In this document: in pieces, positions 58,151-64,000 of the stretch
Layout: each line of letters starts with the position of its first letter
How positions within the stretch are numbered: position 1 is the first letter of the stretch
NCBI GenBank assembly: GCA_964452565.1
Contig: CAYVLY010000001.1
Coordinates: 142,638 to 206,637, forward strand
Direction of reading: 5' to 3'
From: an uncultured Gammaproteobacteria bacterium
GTDB taxonomy: Bacteria > Patescibacteriota > Patescibacteriia > UBA9934
Length of the DNA: 64,000 nucleotides
Made by a program: the position numbers and the translations under genes
The notes under the pieces: model-generated
What the model was told of the DNA's origin: nothing
Seen by the model: only the letters and a program-made list of their open reading frames with translations
The model's database searches: none

Positions 58151-58209
58151 CTCCCCCTTCGTAAGGGGGAGGGACCAGATCTAGCCCCCTCCTTACGAAG
58201 GAGGGGGCT
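58151..58209 (+). terminator. two tandem GC-rich hairpins downstream of metG (palindromic repeat family)
   Basis: CTCCCCCTTCGTAAGGGGGAG and GCCCCCTCCTTACGAAGGAGGGGGC. Confidence 0.45.
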
Positions 58210-58249
58210 AGGGGAGGTTTCTAAATTAAACATTCGATATTATTCACAT

Positions 58250-58738
58250 ATGACCTTCACACTCACTGATCTCGTGCTGATCGCAATCGCGGCGCTTTTC
58301 ATTCTCGCTGGACTCTACCATGGCTTTATCAGAACGCTTGGAAGTCTAGTAGGACTTATCGGCGGAATTTTTGTAGCCATCTTTGGAATACAATGGCTCG
58401 ATACGATCTGGCCTATAAGTGATTATGCTGTCGCGCAAGTGATTGTGTTCATCATAATACTTGCGATAGCTAGTCAATTGATAGGCTGGTTATTCGAACT
58501 CCTCGACAGAGCATATAAACTTCTTACAATTATCCCGTTTGTTTCAGGAATCAATAAACTTCTCGGAGGAATCCTTGGTGTTCTTGAGGCCTTTGTGGTT
58601 CTTTCAGGAATCATCTATTACACAACTGACCAGCTAGCAGAAGGATGGTTGCAAGATGTTATCCTTGGATCACAAGTCGTAAACTGGCTCTCCTGGACAG
58701 GGAACTGGATTATGTGGATAGTCGGGTTGTTTATATAA
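58250..58738 (+). CDS. CvpA family membrane protein
   Basis: 162 aa, 4 TM, CvpA-like N-terminus. Confidence 0.5.
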   Translation: MTFTLTDLVLIAIAALFILAGLYHGFIRTLGSLVGLIGGIFVAIFGIQWLDTIWPISDYAVAQVIVFIIILAIASQLIGWLFELLDRAYKLLTIIPFVSGINKLLGGILGVLEAFVVLSGIIYYTTDQLAEGWLQDVILGSQVVNWLSWTGNWIMWIVGLFI

Positions 58739-58740
58739 TT

Positions 58741-59589
58741 ATGAAAAAATTCGAACTTATCGACACACACTGTCATGTTCACTTTGCAGCATACAAAGAT
58801 GACATGGAAGAAGTTATTAAACGATCGCTTAAAGAGGGAATTGCGATGATCACAGTTGGAACTCAGTCAGATACCAGCAAGAAGGCGATCGAAGTTGCCG
58901 AGAAGTACGACGGTGTTTGGGCAACAGTTGGACTACACCCACTTCATCTCCATGAACAGGAATACATGGATGAAAATGAACTTGATGTTGCGGGTTTTAA
59001 ATCAAGAACTGAAGTATTTGATCCAGAGTATTATCGTAAGCTTGTTTCTCATCCAAAGGTTGTTGCAGTTGGAGAGTTTGGATTGGACTATTACCACAAG
59101 CCACCAAACATTGACGAGGAAAAGCTAATCGAAGATCAGAAAATAGCTACAAATCTACAAATCGACTTTGCTACTGAGTTTAAAAAGCCAATCGTTGTGC
59201 ACTGTCGGGATGCGCACGATCAGCAGTTTGAGCTTTTGAAGCAGGCAGTTGATCAAAACAAACTTCCTCGTCGAGGCGTTGTTCATTGCTTCACTGGTTC
59301 GCTAGAGGACGCGCAGAAGTATATCGATATCGGCTTTATGGTCTCGTTCACTGGTATTTTGACGTTTTCCGATGAGATTCAGCGAATCGCTCGTGAACTA
59401 CCAATGGAATCGATTATGGTCGAGACTGATGCTCCATACCTATCACCGGCACCGCATCGAGGAAAGCGAAATGAACCAGCATTTGTAAAGCATATTGCGC
59501 AGGTATTAGCTGACATTAGGGGAATCAGCTACAAAAAAGTAGCTGAACAAACAACTCAAAATGCAATAGATTTCTTTAAGCTTACATAA
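58741..59589 (+). CDS. tatD: TatD family deoxyribonuclease/hydrolase
   Basis: IDTHCHVHF ... metal-ligand His/Glu/Asp pattern typical of TatD. Confidence 0.8.
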   Translation: MKKFELIDTHCHVHFAAYKDDMEEVIKRSLKEGIAMITVGTQSDTSKKAIEVAEKYDGVWATVGLHPLHLHEQEYMDENELDVAGFKSRTEVFDPEYYRKLVSHPKVVAVGEFGLDYYHKPPNIDEEKLIEDQKIATNLQIDFATEFKKPIVVHCRDAHDQQFELLKQAVDQNKLPRRGVVHCFTGSLEDAQKYIDIGFMVSFTGILTFSDEIQRIARELPMESIMVETDAPYLSPAPHRGKRNEPAFVKHIAQVLADIRGISYKKVAEQTTQNAIDFFKLT

Positions 59590-59634
59590 AATTACCAACA
59601 ATAGCCCTGTTATGACAAATAATGGGGCTTTTTG

Positions 59635-59663
59635 GTTGACAAAAAATACGGCTCATTGTAAAT
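59635..59663 (+). promoter_or_regulatory. candidate sigma70 promoter of tRNA cluster
   Basis: TTGACA-17-TAAATT. Confidence 0.35.
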
Positions 59664-59675
59664 TGTCGCAGTTGT

Positions 59676-59751
59676 TGGGGAGTGGAGAAGTGGATCAACT
59701 CGCCGTATCCAGATTTGGTATTCGCTGGTTCGAATCCAGCCTCCCCAACCA
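59676..59751 (+). tRNA. tRNA-like gene with non-canonical anticodon arm (identity unresolved)
   Basis: Perfect 7-bp acceptor TGGGGAG/CTCCCCA, T-arm GCTGGTTCGAATCCAGC, encoded CCA; only possible anticodon stem GTATC/GGTAT with loop CAGATTT leaves a 2-nt variable region. Confidence 0.35.
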
Positions 59752-59762
59752 AACCCTTCCCT

Positions 59763-59835
59763 AGGCCCTTAGCTCAGTTGGTAGAGCAACTGATTCTTAA
59801 TCAGCTGGTCGGCGGTTCGAGTCCGCCCGGGCCTG
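59763..59835 (+). tRNA. tRNA-Lys(CTT)
   Basis: Manual fold; anticodon loop TTCTTAA. Confidence 0.8.
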
Positions 59836-59853
59836 TTCACTTCTTTGTCCCTT

Positions 59854-59926
59854 GTGGGTGTAGCTCAGTTGGTAGAGCAAGAGACTGAAAATCTCTGTGT
59901 CGGGGGTTCGAGTCTCCCCATCCACG
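59854..59926 (+). tRNA. tRNA-Phe(GAA)
   Basis: Manual fold; anticodon loop CTGAAAA. Confidence 0.85.
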
Positions 59927-59938
59927 TTATTTCTTGAG

Positions 59939-60014
<76 letters not shown>

Positions 60015-60024
60015 CCTCTTCAGA

Positions 60025-60097
60025 ACGCGGTTAGCTCAGTTGGTAGAGCACCTGACTACGGATCAGGAGGTTACTGGTTCGAACCCAGTACCGCGTG
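60025..60097 (+). tRNA. tRNA-Arg(ACG)
   Basis: Manual fold; loop CTACGGA. Confidence 0.85.
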
Positions 60098-60099
60098 TT

Positions 60100-60171
60100 A
60101 CCCGGTTAGCTCAGCGGTAGAGCACCTCCTTGGTAAGGAGGAGGTCGTAGGTTCAAGTCCTGCACCGGGTG
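60100..60171 (+). tRNA. tRNA-Thr(GGT)
   Basis: Manual fold; loop TTGGTAA. Confidence 0.8.
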
Positions 60172-60180
60172 CATGATCGT

Positions 60181-60253
60181 GGGTTGGTAGCTCAGTTCGT
60201 AGAGCACCTGAATGGCATTCAGGGGGTCGCGGGTTCAAGTCCCGTCCAATCCA
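60181..60253 (+). tRNA. tRNA-Ala(GGC)
   Basis: Manual fold; loop ATGGCAT; G3:U70 identity pair present. Confidence 0.8.
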
Positions 60254-60310
60254 TGATCGTACTTCGCCGTTAGCATTCGTGCTGGCGGCTCTTCTTTTTT
60301 AATAAGATCC

Positions 60311-60339
60311 TTGACAATTACGTTACCTTGTAATATATT
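60311..60339 (+). promoter_or_regulatory. candidate sigma70 promoter (TTGACA-17-TATATT)
   Basis: Consensus -35 with good spacing. Confidence 0.35.
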
Positions 60340-60346
60340 CGAAGTA

Positions 60347-60484
60347 GCTACAGCTTCAATTGAAGCACCTGGGTTATAAACAGGGTAGCTAGTGCAGCTC
60401 TAGCATCTGAATTCTAATCAGATTTGCTAAAAGCAGCCGAATTCTAATCGGTGCACTGAAAACCGCCCAAAAGGGCGTTTTTTA
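60347..60484 (+). ncRNA. candidate small non-coding RNA (unknown family)
   Basis: No ATG-initiated ORF; internal palindromes; ends in AAAACCGCCC-aaaa-GGGCGTTTTTT terminator. Confidence 0.3.
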
Positions 60485-60706
60485 ATTCAATCCGCCAATA
60501 TTAGCAACTCAATATCATAATAATCCGCTGTAAGTCTTTTATAAAAAATAGCCTATTGACCCTTAAAAACATCTAATGTACACTATGGGCGCTATTTTGA
60601 ACTTTTATCATGTCGTTAAACAATTCAGAGTTAAATTCATCCACAGAGCCCAGCGAAGCTGAATCTAGGAAATCGCGTAATTAGGGTTTATTTTTATTTC
60701 TAAAAT

Positions 60707-61033
60707 ATGAGCGACAAAACAAGCATAGACGAGATCAAAAAGGCTGAAAAAGCTGCTGAGCTTGAAATTGAACAAGCAAAGGCTGAGGCAGGTGAAGATG
60801 TGCGAGAAATTGATGAGCAGATGAAAGCAAGGTTTTCAGAAATCAAGGATACTTTAAACAACGAAAAGCAGGCACTGGCAGAGAAAGTACAAGCGCAAGC
60901 AAAAAAATTTAGAGATCAGTCAACAGAGGAGCTTAGGCAAAAGCTTGGCTCGATTGAGAGCGGAGCAGATGCACGAATCAATCAAGCAGCTGCGTCAGTT
61001 GTAAATAGTTTTACTGACTATGTCAGTAAGTAA
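60707..61033 (+). CDS. V-type ATPase small stalk subunit (H/G-like)
   Basis: 108-aa coiled-coil protein immediately upstream of subunit I. Confidence 0.4.
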   Translation: MSDKTSIDEIKKAEKAAELEIEQAKAEAGEDVREIDEQMKARFSEIKDTLNNEKQALAEKVQAQAKKFRDQSTEELRQKLGSIESGADARINQAAASVVNSFTDYVSK

Positions 61034-62978
61034 AATGACAAAAATCCAGCTTACTGTAGTAAAGGACGCGTATAACGCGGTCATTAATGTTTTGCATAAT
61101 CTTGGAGCTATCGAGATTGAACAAATCAAAGCACCAGAGAACAAGCTCTACAAACCAGAATCAAAGGCAGAGTACTGGAAAACAAGCGTTAAATTCGCTC
61201 TAGACCTACTTTCAGATTATGAGAAAGAGGAAAAGCAGAGCTTTTTAGAAAAGTTAGCCCCACAGAAACAAGAGGTGAGTGAAAGCGCAGTAAAGGAACT
61301 TGAGAGTAACTTTGAATATAAATCAATCGTTGGCGAGCTTGAGAATCTCGATAAACAATTCAACACCTTCAAGAACACCATTTCACAACACAAAAAGGAT
61401 CAGAAATCACTTAAAGAGTGGACAGGGTTACCAATAATAACTGAACTACAAGGACGATTTTCACATTTTTCAATTGGAACAATACCAACTACACGATTTG
61501 AGGACTTCACTCAGAAGGTAGAACAAATCAAGCTCCTTGATGTAAACAAAATCAACGAGAGCGAACGCGAGGTTCGAGTTATTATAACAGCAGCAAATGA
61601 AGCAGAAGACGAAGTAAAGGTACTTCTTGAGGAGTTTGAGTTTAAAGCAGCATCGCTTGATCTAACAGATAAGAGCATTGAGGAACAGATCAATGAGCAC
61701 GAAGAGTCAATCCAAGAAAATCAGAAAGAACTTGAAACCGTTGAAGGAAAGATTAAAAAGTACGCAGTTCATATTCCAAAGTTTAAAATCCTCTACGACT
61801 ACCTTAGTTGGAGAAGCGAGCAAGACGAAGCAGCAAAGAAAGCGCTTACAACAAAAGCGACAGTGAGCTTCTTGGGCTGGCTGCCACATCACATGCTTTC
61901 TGATGTGAGAGAGCTCATCGAAAAGGAAACCGGAGATTACATTTTAGAAGAAATACAAATCGATGAAGATGAAAAAATCCCAGTAGCACTTCGGAACAGT
62001 TCTATTGTGACACCCTTTGAATCAGTCACTGAAGTATATGGTGTGCCAATGCACAGCGAGCCAGACCCAACGTTACTTTTGGCTCCATTCTTCTTTGTCT
62101 ATTTTGCCTTCTGTCTATCAGACGTGGCATACGGCGTGATGCTTGCAGGACTTTCATTCCTAGCACTCAAGCTTATGAAGCCAAAAGGAATGAGTAGGAA
62201 GTTGATGATATTGATGATCTTCTGTGGTGGAGCAACAGTTATTGCAGGGGCGCTATTTGGTGGATGGTTTGGGATTGATGTAGCAACTATTCCAGGTCCA
62301 ATTGGTGATGCTATGCGGACGATGCAGGTTTTGAACCCGGTTCAGGACCCAATGACAGTTCTCTTGGTAGCCTTCATTCTTGGATATGTTCAGTTGATTG
62401 TTGGAAATATAGTCGACTTAGTTTGGAAAATCCGACACGATCAAGCAAAGGCTGGGATCCTTGGAAGCGGAATGTGGGCACTATTCCTAGTTGTTATCGG
62501 ATTCTGGATATCAATCAAAGCTGGAGTGCTGCCAGAAAATCTTTCAAGTGTTGGAAACTGGACAATGATCGTAATGATCATCGTTATGGTTCTGACACAA
62601 GGGCATGATCAAAAAAACGTATTTGCAAAACTCGGATTTGGAGCAGCTAGCCTTTACGGACTTGTTGGATATCTCTCAGATGTACTGAGCTACTCCCGTT
62701 TGCTGGCCCTTGGACTCTCAACAGGAATCATTGCGATGGTTGTAAACATGGTGGCAAACCTGTTTGGCAGCATGATTCCATATGTCGGATGGCTGGTCTT
62801 CATTCTGATTCTAGTAGGTGGTCATCTGTTTAACCTTACAGTTAGCGCTCTTGGAGCATTTATCCACTCCGGTCGTCTTCAGTATGTGGAATATTTCCCT
62901 AAGTTTCTAGAAGGTGGTGGACGAAAATTCAAACCACTTATAAAAACATCTAAATACATAAACTTAAAAAGTAATTAA
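61020..62978 (+). CDS. V-type ATPase subunit I (a-subunit)
   Basis: N-terminal coiled-coil cytoplasmic domain, C-terminal 7-8 TM with essential Arg in LSYSRLLALGLS. Confidence 0.75.
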   Translation: MSVSKMTKIQLTVVKDAYNAVINVLHNLGAIEIEQIKAPENKLYKPESKAEYWKTSVKFALDLLSDYEKEEKQSFLEKLAPQKQEVSESAVKELESNFEYKSIVGELENLDKQFNTFKNTISQHKKDQKSLKEWTGLPIITELQGRFSHFSIGTIPTTRFEDFTQKVEQIKLLDVNKINESEREVRVIITAANEAEDEVKVLLEEFEFKAASLDLTDKSIEEQINEHEESIQENQKELETVEGKIKKYAVHIPKFKILYDYLSWRSEQDEAAKKALTTKATVSFLGWLPHHMLSDVRELIEKETGDYILEEIQIDEDEKIPVALRNSSIVTPFESVTEVYGVPMHSEPDPTLLLAPFFFVYFAFCLSDVAYGVMLAGLSFLALKLMKPKGMSRKLMILMIFCGGATVIAGALFGGWFGIDVATIPGPIGDAMRTMQVLNPVQDPMTVLLVAFILGYVQLIVGNIVDLVWKIRHDQAKAGILGSGMWALFLVVIGFWISIKAGVLPENLSSVGNWTMIVMIIVMVLTQGHDQKNVFAKLGFGAASLYGLVGYLSDVLSYSRLLALGLSTGIIAMVVNMVANLFGSMIPYVGWLVFILILVGGHLFNLTVSALGAFIHSGRLQYVEYFPKFLEGGGRKFKPLIKTSKYINLKSN

Positions 62979-62987
62979 AGTAATATT

Positions 62988-63458
62988 ATGTTTGCAATTG
63001 CACTTGCGGTATTTGGTGCCGCTATTGCCGTCAGTCTAGCTGGAGCAGGATCAGCCCTTGGAATGGGTGCTGCAGGTTCAGCTGCTGCTGGAGTTGTTTC
63101 AGAAGATCCAGATAAGTTTGGTAAGGCGCTTCTTCTTGAGGCTCTACCAGGTACACAGGGAATTTACGGATTCCTAGCTGGAATCATGATCTTGCAGAAG
63201 ATCGGAATCCTAGGAGGAGAACTAATAGAGATCACAGATGGAGTAGGTTGGCAGCTCTTCTTTGCTGCAATCCCAATCGCTCTAACTGGTCTTACATCAG
63301 GTTGGATGCAAGGTAAGGTATCAGCAGCAGGTGTTGGAGTTCTTGCTAAGCGACCAGGTGAAACTGGTAAAGCAATCATTCTCTCAGCTATGGTTGAGAC
63401 ATATGCCGTTCTAGGACTTCTTATCACCATTTTGATGGTTACAGGAATCCAGGTATAG
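62988..63458 (+). CDS. V-type ATPase proteolipid subunit K (c-subunit)
   Basis: Gly/Ala-rich 4-TM proteolipid with conserved Glu (MVETYAVLGLL). Confidence 0.7.
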   Translation: MFAIALAVFGAAIAVSLAGAGSALGMGAAGSAAAGVVSEDPDKFGKALLLEALPGTQGIYGFLAGIMILQKIGILGGELIEITDGVGWQLFFAAIPIALTGLTSGWMQGKVSAAGVGVLAKRPGETGKAIILSAMVETYAVLGLLITILMVTGIQV

Positions 63459-63494
63459 AAATTGAACTGTTAACTAAATAATCTCTAACGAGAT

Positions 63495-64000
63495 ATGGCG
63501 ATTGAAGATATTAAAAAGCATATTCAAGATAAGGCGCAGGAAGAAATCGCCCAAATTGAGGATGCTGCAAAACAGGAAGCTCAATCTCTCAAGCAAACTT
63601 GGGAAGATAAGATTAAGGCAGAAGAAAAGCGACTTATTGAAGCAATACAGCAAAATGCCAAGTCTAAACTTGCTCAAGTAAAGTTTAAGATTCGCGAAAA
63701 GATCAATGCTGAAGAACTTAAGGCAAAGCAGGCTCAGCTTGATAAAGTTTACGATGAAGCATTGAAAAAGGTTGCGGATCTGCCAGAAGATGAATACGTA
63801 AGTATTCTTGAAAAACTCCTCAAGCCGATTGTTGGTCAGGAAGGCACAGTGCATACAACAGCTAAACGTGCCGGAGCACTTCGACAAGCAGCTCAGAATG
63901 TAGGATGTAGCGTAGAAATCTCAGACAAAGATCTTGATACTGTTGGTGGCTTTATCTTCGAAGGTGTAAAAATCGACCTTGATAATCGATTTGAAACATT
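63495..64000 (+). CDS. V-type ATPase subunit E (3' end outside window)
   Basis: MAIEDIKKHIQDKAQEEIAQIEDAAKQEA... coiled-coil E-subunit-like; open to window end. Confidence 0.5.
   Translation, partial: MAIEDIKKHIQDKAQEEIAQIEDAAKQEAQSLKQTWEDKIKAEEKRLIEAIQQNAKSKLAQVKFKIREKINAEELKAKQAQLDKVYDEALKKVADLPEDEYVSILEKLLKPIVGQEGTVHTTAKRAGALRQAAQNVGCSVEISDKDLDTVGGFIFEGVKIDLDNRFET

Noticed and set aside
60171-60260. 9-bp direct repeat CATGATCGT flanking tRNA-Ala
   Set aside because: Too short to distinguish from chance or from tRNA processing context.

Overview
This is an AT-rich (roughly 40% GC by eye), gene-dense bacterial chromosome segment. The gene content is consistent with a small-genome Patescibacteria/CPR-like organism: a dnaG-rpoD operon, lgt, a type IV pilus cluster with several prepilin-like genes, V-type ATPase I/K/E subunits, and many secreted acidic or beta-helix proteins. 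This lineage assignment is inference. The standard bacterial code applies: housekeeping ORFs are full length and several end with TGA.

- **Left third (1-15.4 kb):** housekeeping genes plus secreted proteins.
  - Housekeeping: NUDIX hydrolase, M20 peptidase, CaCA antiporter, dnaG, rpoD, a thioredoxin-CcdA-like fusion, and lgt.
  - A cluster of acidic secreted proteins, two of which share an N-terminal domain.
  - A second, inverted CaCA paralog.
- **Middle (about 15.4-34 kb):** an accessory region anchored at tRNA-Asn(GTT). Its contents are:
  - partial 5' copies of the tRNA-Asn gene;
  - a small GIY-YIG (UPF0213) gene;
  - a large serine recombinase whose 3' end overlaps the tRNA;
  - small phage-like ORFs;
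  - hypothetical, methyltransferase, HD, histidine-phosphatase-like, P-loop and PEP-utilizing swivel-domain genes;
  - two identical ~450-bp direct repeats, each carrying a GIY-YIG gene interrupted by an in-frame TGA exactly at the conserved Gly of the YTG motif;
  - a conspicuously high-GC purine nucleoside phosphorylase (deoD-type) cassette with its own SD and terminator.
- **Right part (35-64 kb):** housekeeping genes, a foreign-looking patch, and RNA genes.
  - Housekeeping: YigZ/IMPACT, truB, an NRAMP-like transporter, cfa, greA, pilin-pilB-pilC plus minor pilins, a TrmH methyltransferase, MscS, pepA, glutaredoxin, peroxiredoxin, SOD, rsmI, metG, and tatD.
  - A second high-GC patch (52.56-53.16 kb) with a small ORF and a Trp-tandem leader-peptide-like ORF plus attenuator-like hairpins.
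  - A cluster of six clear tRNAs plus one anomalous tRNA-like gene.
  - A candidate small RNA.
  - The V-type ATPase operon.

No rRNA genes or CRISPR arrays were seen.
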